Positions 25,979 through 63,245 of a DNA stretch of 64,000 nucleotides are shown here, piece after piece. The DNA lies in contig CM022670.1 in NCBI GenBank assembly GCA_012295275.1, forward strand, positions 34,100,001 through 34,164,000, read 5' to 3'. Made by a program: the position numbers and the translations under genes. The stretch is from Chrysomallon squamiferum. Its lineage: Eukaryota > Animalia > Mollusca. Under the pieces are notes generated by a model. That model saw nothing but the letters and a program-made list of their open reading frames with translations, had not been told where the DNA came from and did not search any database. Numbering within the stretch: position 1 is the stretch's first letter; each line of letters opens with the position of its first letter.

Positions 25979-28900
25979 CATAACAGGTAATTAATTTCTA
26001 GATAAATGTTGATTTATAAAAAAAAGAAAAGAAAAAGAACTTGCTATTTATCTATGTCTGTTGAAAGTAAAAACCAAGGTACATAACCTTCATAAACACT
26101 AAAATTAAGTATTTTCACATTAAGAACATTCTTACATACTTATGCACATGTATTTTTCTTATTCATATAAACGATTGTATTAACATATATTTTTATTTTT
26201 TTATTTTTTTCAGAATTTGCAAGTTTTAAATCTGTAAAACATATATTTTTTACTTACACTGATCAGAAAATAAATGTATGAAATGTAATATAATCTTATT
26301 GACATAAAGAACATATTATTTTGTAGTAATTTTTGCATGTAATTTTGCATTTAATTTAGTTTTTGCCTGTTATATAATTGTATTATTTATCACAAGTTTA
26401 CATCAACACAGATATTTAAGGCAATTTGAAAATAAATTAAAACTGATTTTTGTCGAATTGCTTTTAAGATGTACATTTGATGGTTTTTGTAGTTGAATTA
26501 ATTATTTTTTTATTTTTTTATCATTAATTCCATATCATGTTTTGTTTCATATTAATAATTTTTGCTGATTAAAAATATTTTTAGATATGAAATAATTTTA
26601 AGATCAACAAAATATTTTTAGTCTTGTTATTTCATTTCTCTACATTGTTATTAGCAAAGACTGATTGCCATGAAAAGAGAAAATAAAATTGGAAAAATGT
26701 AAATTTTATTTATATTTTTGTACATTTTGTACAAGTTTGAATATTTTTTTTATTAAATTATTAAATTATATTATATTAAATAAAACTAAAAATAATCTAA
26801 TATAAAAGGATAATAAAAAATGAATATATTACCCTTTCATTATGTTTTGATGACGTCTTTAAACCAATATTAAATTTCAATTTAGGTTTTTTCAGAATCT
26901 TACTATTTACTTTTTAATGTTTAGTTGCAAAGTTTTTTTTTTTTTTTTTTCATAATTACAGTGTAATTTAGCAAAATCCATCCAACAGTATAAATTTCCA
27001 ATTAGGTTGTGGTTTTGAGTTTAAATTTATTTAGTTATTTTTGTTTTGTTTTATTAAGAACATTGCAGTTTTATTTAAACCATTATGAACATTTTTCTTA
27101 CAAACTAGCAAGTTAAAGATTTATAAGCCAAGTGTTCAGTAAAATATTTTAACTGTTCATTTTTCTTGACAGGTGGAAAACTAATTGTGAAGTTTAATTT
27201 TCACAAGACTGGTGTTTCATCATGCATTCAGTGTTTACAAAAATATTAGAACAAGCTTTTAAAGTAAACTGGAATCATTTGTTATTTAATCTCTTTTAAA
27301 ATATTTTTAAACATCTGTCAGTCTGTCTATCTTTGTATGGGTTGTATATCCCTCTCTTTTTGCCTATCTCTTATACCTATCTATCTATCTATCTATTTAT
27401 CTATCTATCTATATATAGATATCTGTTTCTCGCTCAAAGATTTACAGGTTTAAATAGGAAGAAAGAAGAAAAAATCAATCAAGTGGCCAATAGAAAATGA
27501 ATAAATTGTAAAAGATAAAAGTAAAACATTATTAGAAGTACAGTTGTAATATTGTTATCTTTGGAATGCTGTCACTTTTAAAACTTTTTTATAATACTTA
27601 AGTGTTGTATACTGTTATGATGTTAAATAAAGCTGTGGTTGCTTATGAGTCTTTACATTTAAAAAGTGATTCCCAAACTTAATGTGAAAGTGAAGACAAA
27701 AAAACAAAACAGTTGTAGTCTCTACTGTATTTCTAACTAAGGAATTCATTTTGAAAGTATGATTATTTGAAAAAGAAAAAATTATTATATTTTTATTTTT
27801 ATATTTCATGATACTTTTCTACATTATCATTACTGTTTTAATAATGTAAGTTGTATCCATAATGAAGTTTGGGGATCACTACATTAGAATATTATATTAT
27901 TAACTGGTATTAAAGGCACTGACATTGTTGGCATTAAAAACATTTTTTTTATATTTTATTGTTCTATTGTTTATCTTTTTCTCATTCTTATTTTCCTTTT
28001 CCTAAAATATATTCTTTTTTATAGTGGTAATGGGATAATTTTAATTTTTTTAATGCTTGATTTTATTTTAATGTGTCTGTTTTAACATTTATCTGAATTA
28101 TGCAAAAATTATTTTTATATTTTGGTCAGTGTCTTAAATGTTCTTTAAGATATTGAAGAAGAAAAATTTCAGTGCATATTACAATTAGAAGTGCGTTTCA
28201 GCTAAATGATAAAGCCCTTATTAGTAAATTAAAACCATTTCACTGCTGCACCAGTTTATGATTTTGCATGTGAAAGGTGTTTTATTGTAAAGAATTGACT
28301 GCAGGATTATTATTTAGCTCATGAAGCCATCTTTGCTATAGACTAAAATTAGACCTATGCTTCATTAGATAAGGAATTAAGTAAATCTGTGCGATAAGGA
28401 ACAAAACATGAACACAACACAACAGAGATGCTTACACTGTGAGGTAACAACATCAAGTTAATGAGTGAGACGTGGGATGCTGGTCCGATGTTGTGTTGTT
28501 CGTTGTGCCAACCAGTGGTGGTGTATCTTAAACTTGCTCTTAACTTGGATTTTGGCTCACAACTCAAGCAACTGCTCATAAGTTGGGGCACTCGAAAATC
28601 AAGATATCACTGCATTAATTTAATTATGACAATTTTTTAACCACATTGACCCCTCCTGATCCTCAAATACTGAAAAGCGTTGAAGATCTTTGCTAATGTT
28701 ATTATTACCTTTGTGATTACACCAAGACATCATCTCTGATAATTCTTTCATAAGTTATAAGCAAAATCTGATAAAAGTCAAGTCATTTTAAAATGAAAAC
28801 AACAAGCCACTTGATTATAAGTTCTTTATTAAGATTTCAGAATATTTATCTGGTGACAAAGGATCCACTTGACAAGTGTTAACTGGTATGGTATCATCTT

Positions 28901-29593
28901 GTTTGAATAAAAACAGCAGTTAATATAATTATATGTGACAACAAAAGATGAATGAATATAAATAAAACATTTAATGATTTTTAAAAATCAACAGCAGTTA
29001 ATCATACTAACCAGTTAAACAGCAAAATACATTATTATTATTATTAATTTTGTTCATTTTAATTGAAATTATATATATATATACAGTTTTGAATTCAGTT
29101 ATGAAAGAAAGAAAATATTTTAAATATTTAATTTTACTGATTAATTTTACTAAAATTACATTATTATTATTAAGTTTTTTATTAAACAGAAAAGATAAAA
29201 AAATTAATTAGCAATTTGCAGAACAGCCATTATATAAATAGTTGATATGTTTTACAAGTAAAATATATTGATAAAATAATCTGCAAAAAACTATCAGAGA
29301 CCAGATGTGATGTACAAAATAACCATCCTTGATATTTAAGACTATGCCACTGATTTCAGTGATGATAATTTTGTCAACCACAGCTAAGTGGATAAAATTT
29401 CTGAAAATACAACGCTACTGCTAATTATTTAGAGACAGAGAACACAGAAGATACATACACATTTGAAAGATCCTTTATCACAAGGTAAACAAATTCTGTT
29501 GTTAAAACGTTGCACGAAATTTTGTGACCTTCTACTGTACTCAGTCTTGTAGAAAATTGAATGATATTAAATTCCATAAATTACATTTTAAAC

Positions 29594-29636
<43 letters not shown>

Positions 29637-31324
29637 AATAAATAAAAATAAATTTCTATTAACAACCTACCCTACCAAAAACAAATTTATTTTACCCATT
29701 TTTAGTTTTATATAATATGTCGAACATGACAGAAAATCTCTAAATTAACTAGTTAGTTTTTGACTAATATTTATTTAAAATTCAAAAACAAATAAATCAC
29801 CATTAAGAACTACTATTTATTTAATACTATCTGAAAGCTAGAAACCGTAACTACGTAAAGCGTTATTTTAAGTACCAAACAAAATTTAGCAAGAACTGAA
29901 GCCCAGAGAGGTCACATTACGAAATTTATTAAACTCTTCAGATTAAACTGATTAGTTGGGGTATATACTCATATCGAAATTGCCAAAGGAGACGAGTACC
30001 CAAATAAGATATTACCTTAGCCATGCTTATAGGTTTTTAAGTTTCAAATTTAGACACAGAATCCAAGAATTCATCTTAACGTCATGCACACCGAATGATG
30101 ATGGCCCTACAATTAAGTGTATAAATTTTAAAACCGAAGTAATAAGCTCAGGCCAAGCTAATCTTAACGAAAACCGAAGAGTATTTTGGAGCTTTTATAT
30201 AAAATGTTAGACATTGTTTCTCTGTGTATGTTACGTCTTCGTAGCATCAAGAGGGGTTCAGATAAGAGAGAATAACCGCGAACGTTTTAGTCTGTTCGCC
30301 TTCAGGTACGATGGTGGGCATTACGAAAGAAGAAAGCCTCGTTCTGAAACTAAGTCTTGGAGATCTTTTTTTTTGTTAACAGTACGGAGAGAAAACCAAG
30401 GATGCTCTCTTTGGCTGCTTACGGCCCCTCTTGTTGCGCCTGATAATTATCATTCCGACACAGATCTCATTAATTATCATTCCGACATAGATCTCATTAC
30501 AAAACATACAAACAAATAATATATGGAACTGAAATGAAATAATAAGGAAATACGGCTTAACTTTGGAAAATGGCCTAAAATTATATATAACAATAATGAT
30601 TACCGAATTTTAAAATTTCTTTTACAATAAATAAATAAATAAATAAATAAACAAATAAATAAAGTGAAATAAAATAAAATTACAATAACAATAAATAAAT
30701 AAATAAATACAAATATTTATTTATTTATTTATTTTAAAGTTTCACCATTGCACATCTTTATGGCTGTGTAATATTTAAAAAGTCGGTAGTGTTAAATGTA
30801 TTGGGGGAAAAAAAATTAATAAATAAATAAATAAATATCCTATATATAATGCTCGAAACAAAATGTCATTTTCAGCGTTTACAATGTTTCAATTTCGAGA
30901 AAACACAAGTAAATAAAAGAATATTTAAAAAAAAAAAAAAAAGGATACCACTTTCACCTCAGTGCTTATTATTATTCTTAAAATAAAATAATTATACATA
31001 ATTTCTTTACTGAATTTTTTTTTTTTTTTTTTATAAATATTTAATATACCTACTGCTTTCCATTATCTGAAAACAAATAAAATTCCATAAATACGATTGT
31101 GATAAGCGACATGTTAAACAGAAAATGAAATAATGGAAATGGCTATAGACAGATTGTCATGATTCCGTAATTGTGTTCAAAAGGGAATGTTTATTATTAC
31201 TTTTTTAAATTTTATTTTATTTTTATTTATTTATTTATTTATTTATTTACTTATGTAAAATTGATGCAACATCCGAATACAAACATGGACTTTACTGAAT
31301 ATATCCGAAGATCGCTGTGAAAAA

Positions 31325-31364
<40 letters not shown>

Positions 31365-31649
31365 TAATATAAAATTAAATAAATAAATTAATTAATTAAT
31401 TAATAATAATAATAATAATAATAAAAGGTTTGTATTATTATATATTGCAAAGTAAATAAGATATTTTTAGACGAAATCTGCATATTTGTCACTTCTGTAA
31501 TTAAAGGAAAAACAGATCGACAAAGACTAATATTTCTGTTTACTGCAGACACTTGTTGTTTTCTATTAATGGCTCTTTTCTCTTTCGTATTTATGGAATC
31601 CTATATTTAAAAGCAAATTAATTTAAAATTGTTTTACATAAATCTTTTC

Positions 31650-31682
<33 letters not shown>

Positions 31683-31865
31683 TATTATTATTACTGGACG
31701 GCTAACTATAGCTAAAAAGTATTTGGTAAAAACAAGCAGTGGTGTTTACTGAAGACTGTATCAGAAATAAACTTTATAATCTTCTTATGTGGAAAGCAGT
31801 GTGTGTCAGTGATGAGAGACGGTTTCGTCACAGCTGGGTACGTAGAGTGCACTTTGTGTGTGACA

Positions 31866-37419
<5,554 letters not shown>

Positions 37420-37494
37420 TGTTGTTACTGGAAATAGAAATAATAAACTAAATATGTTTAAGAAAGAAAATGAATGGAAAAGAAAGAAAAAATG

Positions 37495-37660
37495 ATTGGA
37501 TGGTACCCAGAACTAACAGGTGAGATGTAAACACACCCTCTCCACTTTTTTCTCTAACTAACCATCTAGTATATTAACACTGTCTTACACCCTCAACCCA
37601 AGCTCCAAGACAGCCCAAGACAGCCGTACATGAACCTTTAGTAGATGTAACTATAACTCA
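37495..37660 (+). mobile_element. Possible degenerate SINE fragment (related sequence at ~11085-11200)
   Basis: Both loci share an AGAACT(T)AACA...CTAACTA...TAACACTGT skeleton. Family unverified. Confidence 0.3.
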
Positions 37661-37928
37661 CACTGTTTACCTCTTGAGTTCCAAACGACAACAAACAGTT
37701 ATAAAGCTATTGAAACTTACCTTTTCTGTAGATCTTGTTTTTGAGTTAAGAATAGTTCTTTGGTTGTTTTTTGTTTTGTTTTTTTAACAAATGTTCTTGT
37801 CTAATAAATTCTTGAATTCTGATTTCTTCTAATATTATTAACTGGTTGCCAAAAACGGGTCCACCTCCTGTCCTATATCCACACCAAGCACTGAAGCCCA
37901 AAAGAGCGACTACTAAAGAATTTCCATC

Positions 37929-38060
37929 TTTTTATACCGGCGAAACGGTTACGTAGGAAGGTGGTGTGATGCGATGCTCGCGCACGATGTCACGTGGTAA
38001 TTATATGGGTAGGTGAAACAAAACTGGCAGACGTGCAAAAATCAACACATTTGATTGGTG
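37929..38060 (-). promoter_or_regulatory. Candidate CYP10 core promoter (TATA, E-box, CCAAT)
   Basis: TATAAAAA on minus at 37936-37929, CACGTG at 37991-37996 and CCAAT on minus near 38054-38058. A donor at 37720 and an acceptor at 37428 define a 5'UTR intron. Confidence 0.55.
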
Positions 38061-38250
38061 GTTAATATGTCAACGCCGGCGCGGCAAAAAACCCACAGGT
38101 ATTAACGAAAATTGTGAATGAAGGATTAAATTCGTTAAGACAAAAAGCGACAAAGCAAGCAGGATGTCACACGGCGATGGTTTTAATCTACATTAACGAT
38201 TTTAATCAGTATGGGAAAATATGAATCAGCGGTGATTATATTTTCATAGC

Positions 38251-38285
<35 letters not shown>

Positions 38286-38468
38286 AGTATTTGTCGCAGA
38301 CTGATTTTAAAAAAAGAAAAAAAAGAAAAAGGATCTAGAACAATAATAACATCAAGCTCCATAATTATCAATAAAAAAACACTAATCTGTTTATTCAAAA
38401 CATATTATTTTGCAATTTTGACATTTAAATAAAGATGACGAAATTAAAAACAAAAAATGAGGGATGAT

Positions 38469-38551
<83 letters not shown>

Positions 38552-38843
38552 AAATATAAATTCTTATATTAATAAACAATTAGTAAATTGTTTAACCATG
38601 AAATAAATTTATACTTATCCACACCAATACATTGACAATATAAGCAAAACATATTTTCACAATTAATTGGAAATGTTCACGATAACCTTGTAAACAGTGA
38701 TAAGGATATAAAATGCGGGTGACATTACTGATTTTTTAAGGACACTTCCGTCAAGTAACTTTGTAAACATAGTTATCATGAAAAACATTTCTTCTGTGAT
38801 CACACGAGTGACAGTAATACATAGATTGTTTTTGTTGGTTTTT

Positions 38844-38874
<31 letters not shown>

Positions 38875-39289
38875 GAATCATCAGTTGCTAGTATTTGGCC
38901 CATGTTACTAAGAACTTCCCACCCCTTCCTGTTTTAAAATTTTGCATGGTGATATTTCAAAATTGCCAACTCGTCGTCCGCCTACTTAAAATGCAAAAAC
39001 TTTAGCGTCATTATTGTTTGAGTGAAAATGAATAGCTTATATTTCGCAGTTTCTAAATAAATAAAACTTAAATAATAATAATAATAATATAAAAACTTTT
39101 AGGATAGAAGAATCGTATGTTTGGTGGATACGTCAGTATTAGAGTAAGAAAGTCTGTTTTAAAACGATATCGTTAAGCTGTCATTCGAGATTAGCACGTA
39201 GGCGTACTTCTTTCAGCTAACGAATTCTAGGTCCAGCAGAAAATGCAAAAATGCTAATTCGAGTTAAAATTTCTTCCTTTTAACTGGAC

Positions 39290-39378
<89 letters not shown>

Positions 39379-39857
39379 TCATGTCTTTTGTTTTCGGATA
39401 AGTACCGAAATAATATTCCAACCATTTTGACTGTACACAAACATTCACATTTGTTAAATGTAAAGTAATGTAGTTATCTGAGTTATCTAATATATTGCTT
39501 AAACCAACATTCCCAGTTTATGTTATATATTTCTGTTACATATTCTTACCTTTGAGGATATAAGCTTTAAAAACTTTGAAAACAATTCCAAGTGTCATTA
39601 TGTATTTCCTGAAAACAAGTGTATTTTTTCACAGTTTCAGAGAAGACATTTAATGTTATCTCTTAACATAATATTCATTTTTCATCTTTTCTACCTCTTA
39701 GAGGTAATTTTATGTAGCTTTATTGACTGAATCGGTAATAAAACTGCGAATTTCTTTCACTTTCTCATCGGTGTTATTCCGATTGACCGGGCACCTTGAG
39801 ATGGACAGGTAGAAAAATGCTTTAATGTTTTATAAGCCAATTCGTCTTTGTCAAAAT

Positions 39858-39895
<38 letters not shown>

Positions 39896-39937
39896 ATACA
39901 CACACACATACACACAAACACACACACATACAGACAC

Positions 39938-39976
<39 letters not shown>

Positions 39977-40121
39977 TAACAACAACAACAAAAACTGAAA
40001 CCTAACGAGTATTATTGAAAAAAAAAGGTTTGTATTTTTTATTTAAGTTAATCAGCATAAAATAGATTTTGAACTACGGTATATTTTAAATCGAAAGTCA
40101 CATGACAGTGACAGTTGGAAT

Positions 40122-40210
<89 letters not shown>

Positions 40211-40832
40211 AAAAGGACAAGGCAATGTAGGTGAGAACGGCAAGGTTAGGTTTTAAGTGCACGACCTCATGCTGGTGTCTGTTAAATAAAACCACGCAGT
40301 ACGCCATAATAGCAAGTATTAAGACTGACCTTAAACGGCAAACAGTGCACATAAGCGTATTTCTTCAGATTTTAAATCTTCTTCTTCTTTTTTTTTTTTT
40401 CACGACCATGAACAACCCGCGTGATTCATGGGTGAAACATCGGTCAGTTTTGACGTATAGAAAAGCAAACAGAAGATGTCAGGTATAAATCAAAATGTTT
40501 GTTGACTTACTTTATCAGCACCCATCTTTTACATCTACTCTCTGTTTGTAGGGTTTTTTTGTTTGTTTTTTTCCTAAAAGGGAATTTTTGTAAGTGATAA
40601 GATGTTGTTTTTCACAAGTTCAGATGTTATGTCGGTTGCTGTTACTAAATTTTTGTCAAGAGAAACCTTGCCAGAGATTTTGAAATAACTTAATGAAACA
40701 CTGAAACTTAACAGACTGTTAATTAACTTAAGTCCTAACGTAAAAGGTTCCGTATTCAGGAAATATTAATATCGGTTTAAAAATAATAATAATAATAATA
40801 AAATAAAAATAAATAAATACACAAATAATGAC

Positions 40833-40865
<33 letters not shown>

Positions 40866-41587
40866 TAAATAAATACATAAATAATGACTATAATAATAAT
40901 AATAATAATAATAAGTCAATATGGGAACTTTTTGTTTGTACTAGACTAAAATGACATGCTTATTAATTGTTATGCAATAACGGATTTTTTTTATTTATTA
41001 TAATCAACCAAGCTCTGTCTAAGAAACACACACACACACACACACGTGCGCGCACACCCACCCACACACATATATATCTGCTCTTAACTGATTCATCGGT
41101 TACAATATTTCATCAAAACGTACGAGTGTGTCATACGTCATTTTGTCAATCCTTTTGTTCGTCTGTGTTGGTCTCAGGTGGTCTCTGTTCGGCTGATCGA
41201 CACAGGACAAACTAATAGACGTCAGCCTGACTTGCAGGTGAAAACAGCCACACACCTTCTGCAGCATCTGATCCCTCTCAGACTCTTACCTAATTTGTTA
41301 TTTTTTATTTTAAATCTCTGAACGTTTTATGCTATGATAGCGCAAGTTCTGATTTCATTCATGCGTTCTTAAAAAATAAATATTCATACGTATATTTGTA
41401 TATAAACAGATAGACAGATGGATTAAGATAATAACATACAGATGGTAGATGGATGGAAAGACGGAAGGGTAGATTCTTAGAATGGTTGATGGTTGAAAAA
41501 CATAGAGATATATGTAGGCAGGCAGATACACCTACATATATAAAAATAGATATGTTGATGTGTATGTGTGTGTTTGTGTGTGTGTTT

Positions 41588-41588
41588 G

Positions 41589-41630
<42 letters not shown>

Positions 41631-41753
41631 TGGTATATAGGTACGTTGGTATATATATACATATATTAATACAGATGAACTGTGTAAATTAGAAAAGGAA
41701 TTTTCATTGTTATCCACGTACATTAGTTTTCTATCTATTTATCTTCTATCTAG

Positions 41754-41839
<86 letters not shown>

Positions 41840-41973
41840 TATATAGGTACGTTGGTATATATATACATATATATATATATATCGCTAGATAGAAGATAAA
41901 TAGATAGAAAACTAATGTACGTGGATAACAATGAAAATTCCTTTTCTAATTTACACAGTTCATCTGTATTAAT
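41588..41973. repeat. Complex local rearrangement A-B-A-B(inverted)
   Basis: B (41665-41757, 93 bp) is the exact reverse complement of 41881-41973. A [(TA)n(GA)nTGGTATATAGGTACGTTGGTATATATATACATAT] occurs directly at ~41588-41666 and ~41758-41880. Confidence 0.9.
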
Positions 41974-42250
41974 TACCGATCACTACCTAATCTGTGTACA
42001 AAAGTCAGTGAAATCTATTAAATTATTCAAGATAGTTCAAAAATGGGAATAATAAATAAATAAGAAAATGTATGTCGCTTAAAAACAACAACAACAACAA
42101 AACTTTATCTAATTGTTCTGGGTTTATATAGTCTAATCTGAGGTCGTCTGCAATTCGCGCCCATGACCCAGCCGCAGTTGTCAGAGCAGGGGGTGAACAT
42201 CGTCATTTTAAAGGAAACGCCCGCTGTCCATAGCTGTAAATGAATGGATA

Positions 42251-42533
42251 AACCAAAATGAACTAAACTACTTAGAACCGCTTGTCCTCAGTGTGCCTTT
42301 ATGAACTATCTGAACCAAAATGAACTAAACTACTTAGAACCGCTTGTCCTCAGTGTGCCAATTTTTATGAACTATCTGAACCAAACTGATCCGAAAGTCA
42401 TTTAAACCATTTTTTTAAAATAAAATTATGAACTGTATGCAACAAACTGATCCTAAAGTCATTTAAGCCATTTTAAAAAAATAAAATTATGAACTGTATG
42501 CACCAAACTGATTTTAAAGTCATTGAAGCCATT
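42251..42533. repeat. ~60-bp tandem repeat, five units in two subtypes
   Basis: Two units of AACCAAAATGAACTAAACTACTTAGAACCGCTTGTCCTCAGTGTGCC..TTATGAACTATCTG are followed by three units of AACCAAACTGATCCxAAAGTCATTTAAxCCATTT... Confidence 0.85.
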
Positions 42534-43516
42534 TGTTAACTGTTAACAACAACAACAAACACTACAGTAATAGAAGTAGCGGTAGTAGTTGTTGTTGTTG
42601 TAGAAAGAAGAATATGATGATGATGATGGTTGTGAGATGCTGGAAGCAAAGTTTCCTACGTAATTCTATCAGTTAAAGAAAAATTCCTTATATTAAATTC
42701 CGATTTATAAGTGTAAACATACTGATCTTAACTATCTCCAGAAAAAAAAAAAAGAGATTATTTTATGCTTTATTTCTCACTTTATAAGAGATAACGTTTC
42801 ATCGTTTTGTAGATACAGAATATTAATATCGTCAAACTGCAGAAACAGAATGTTGACATAGTCAAACAGTTTAATACAACTATGTCTACACTACAAAAAA
42901 CATATCTTTCACAAAAATAAAGGTATTTATTTCTGGACTACAAATATATTAAGCAGTATCAGTGCTGTAAAATTTGATTAAATAAATAACAATAAAATTA
43001 GCTATTCAATAGGGAGAGCTTCCGTATTATAAACATTCTGCCATATATTGAATTCTTATTCGTATCATTTTCATGATGTAATTAAAAACGGTGGAAAACA
43101 GGCGAAATTTAGCATTTTTCAAACTTTCTGGATCAAGAGCATAAATATTATACTGGGAGTAGTTGTTAAACATTCAAATTGGCCGGATACAGAACTGCAG
43201 GAAATGTGGATTCTTTGTTGTATTGGTAGGTGTAAATTTTAAATCAAATCAGTATCAGTGAGAAGAAGAAGAAGAAGAAGAAGAAGAAGAAGAAGAAGAA
43301 GAAGAAGAAAGAAAGAAAGAAAGAAAGAATCCTCCATTCCTTTTTAGGCATGCATATTAATATTCGATCATTGTTCTTTTCATTCGCAAACAATATAACA
43401 AACTATATGAAACAACATATAAGATATTTATTAAAAACTGGAAATGAAGACAAAATTGCTTTTCTTCTTATCCCACAAGTCAAAATATTGCTCGGTGATG
43501 AATACAATAAAAATGG

Positions 43517-43547
<31 letters not shown>

Positions 43548-43579
43548 TTGGCAATTTTATATTACTTGAATAATGTTAA

Positions 43580-43635
<56 letters not shown>

Positions 43636-44692
43636 CAACAACAACAACAACAATAACAATAATAAATAAATAAATACAAATATAATTACAATAATGGTAA
43701 TATCGATGATTATGGTGATGATGATGAAAAAGATAATAAAAACGTTAATGTTAATAAAATTAATGATGATGATGATAGTAAAAAAAATGATGATGATAAT
43801 AATAAATAAATAAATAAATAAATAAAGTATATACTTTATGCTGTACAAAACAATAAATGTATTTCTAAGTCGTCACTCAGTATCATATTATTGCTATGGT
43901 TATTTTTTATTTTATTTTATTTTTTCTCATTTAAATCAGTGACTAGTAATTTAACATATCATATTCTCTAACTACTGAAATATGAAACATTAGGTTTGAA
44001 CACTAGCTAATACATGGTATATGCATATATTTATTTATTTAAGTATTTTTTTTTTTCTTTGGACACTGGATAGTCGATGGATATCTAAAAATTTATATCC
44101 AGTTCAGCCATGTTTTTTATATGGACACAGTCGCTTGTTATGTTAAGAAATATATTAATTGTTAGTAAAAAAATATAGATGTTTGTAGAATAATGACAAA
44201 TTAATTTTCTTAATGTTTCGGTTTGGAATACTGTTTTCTCGGTTCACACATGATAAATTTATTATTCTTTAAAACAATTTAAAAAAAGAAAGAAAAAAAA
44301 GAAAAATCGAATTATATATATATAAAATTTTCTCTAAATATGACAAAGTCATGGCTCAGGCTAAGATTCGAATTTTACGTTGTCGCCAGGAATTTAAACC
44401 AGATATTCAAACAAAGCACTGTCAGAAAGGATTTCACGATAATGAGCTCATCCGACAAAACGCGTCTCGCGCACCGTCGATGACGTCATGCACGCAGCAG
44501 ACGTGTCAGCTTCTTACGTAACAGTGATGTCGTCTCGCTCGTAGGCGAAGGGCACTGTTAATTAGTTATTTGTTTCTAGAATGGTTTTTGAAATGTAATT
44601 ATTATTTTCCTTTCCAAAGCTGTTGCTTCTCATCCAGTAATCAGCGTGTGTTGGTTGGGAACTTGTTTTAGCTTGCAGATCTAGAGATTCCG

Positions 44693-61820
<17,128 letters not shown>

Positions 61821-61821
<1 letters not shown>

Positions 61822-62070
61822 CTGTAATTATACACAATTACACACAGGTTGAATTACTTAATATCAACGTCATCGTTGTTTTCGTTATTTACATTATTGT
61901 TTTCTTTATATATTTTCTTAATTACTACATCGACTGTAATTATAGATGGCTATATACAGGTTGAATTACTAAATATCAACGTCATCGGTTTCATTACCAA
62001 CATCTCTGTCTTCATCGTCTACATTATTGTTTTCATCATCTATATATTTCCTTAATAACTACATAAGCAA
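61821..62070. repeat. Degenerate ~110-130-bp tandem duplication that includes the acceptor of cyclase exon 61821-61713
   Basis: ACTGTAATTATA...ACAGGTTGAATTACT-AATATCAACGTCATCG occurs at 61821 and again at 61933. Confidence 0.7.
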
Positions 62071-63055
62071 ATACTAATACCAATAGAAGTATTTACTTTC
62101 CACTTAACTTTAGTCATAAATGACTGTTAATTTAAATAGAAAAATTCTTGACAGTTTACATGTAAGGCATATACTTTGCTGGGTGTATAATGCCTATTTT
62201 TACGTATTAGCATATTTGAAAGGACTCAACAGATAACGATAATATTATTAAATGCCTAAATGCATAACTACCGGTAGTTGGTTTTCGCAATGTTGTTACT
62301 ATCAACACTTTTTAAGAACAATCATCGTGTTAAATAAAATGAATATTTCCATTTAGACATTCACATATTTTATATAATAATTATAATGAAACTAAAATTC
62401 AGTAGAAACAATTCTAATAAACAATGTACAGACATTTTTTTTTAAACAAAAATTCAGTTTCATCGAAAAATAGTAATATAAGAATTAATAAATAATTATA
62501 AACAATGAGTATTCAAAATAAATAGAAATGTGTGTTTTAAGGTAATAATTTAAAAACCATATTTGCATTTTTAATGTGTGTTGTTTACGAGAATTAGTGA
62601 TAACCTGAAAAATCAAAAAAAATAACCAAAACATAAAAGAAAAACAAACAATAACAAAAAGCAACTATAAACAAAAACAACAACAACAATAACAACAACT
62701 ACTGCAACAGAAACGGAAATAAAAAAAAACAGAACAGAACAAACATTAATTAAGAAACTGGACAATATTAATAACGAAAAAGGTTAATCTGTTGTCGTCA
62801 TTAGAATGACATACTGTGAGAACTGAACCAGTACGATCAAAGTACCGTACTAACTGAATTTGAGATAAAACAAACAGTTTGATTAGATGGGTGGCGTCAT
62901 TAATTAGGAGTTGTGAATGTTGTCTCGATGGCATGAAACCACGTACAAAAACAAGATGAATCTACAGATTTTTTTGATTTTAAATAATCAGTTTCAATCG
63001 TTTAAATTGGCAGTTAAAATATATCTTATGTCTTATTTTGTGTTCGTTAGTATGT

Positions 63056-63108
<53 letters not shown>

Positions 63109-63113
63109 TTCAA

Positions 63114-63245
63114 CATCCATTATCAACAATTATTAAACCAGAATAACCAACTATACAAATATTTCTAAAAATTACGTTGAAAAGAAAATGAAAATTAGCA
63201 AGAACCTTTTCCAGTAATAATGAAATCAGAACTGAAGCGAGCATT
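63114..63245 (+). repeat. Dispersed ~130-bp repeat, copy 2 (copy 1 at 14768-14899)
   Basis: Direct alignment by eye with 14768-14899. Confidence 0.85.

Noticed and set aside
29956-30519. 84-aa and 101-aa ORFs between RCHY1 and CYP10
   Set aside because: TTG starts and no motifs. Probably repeat-derived or non-coding.
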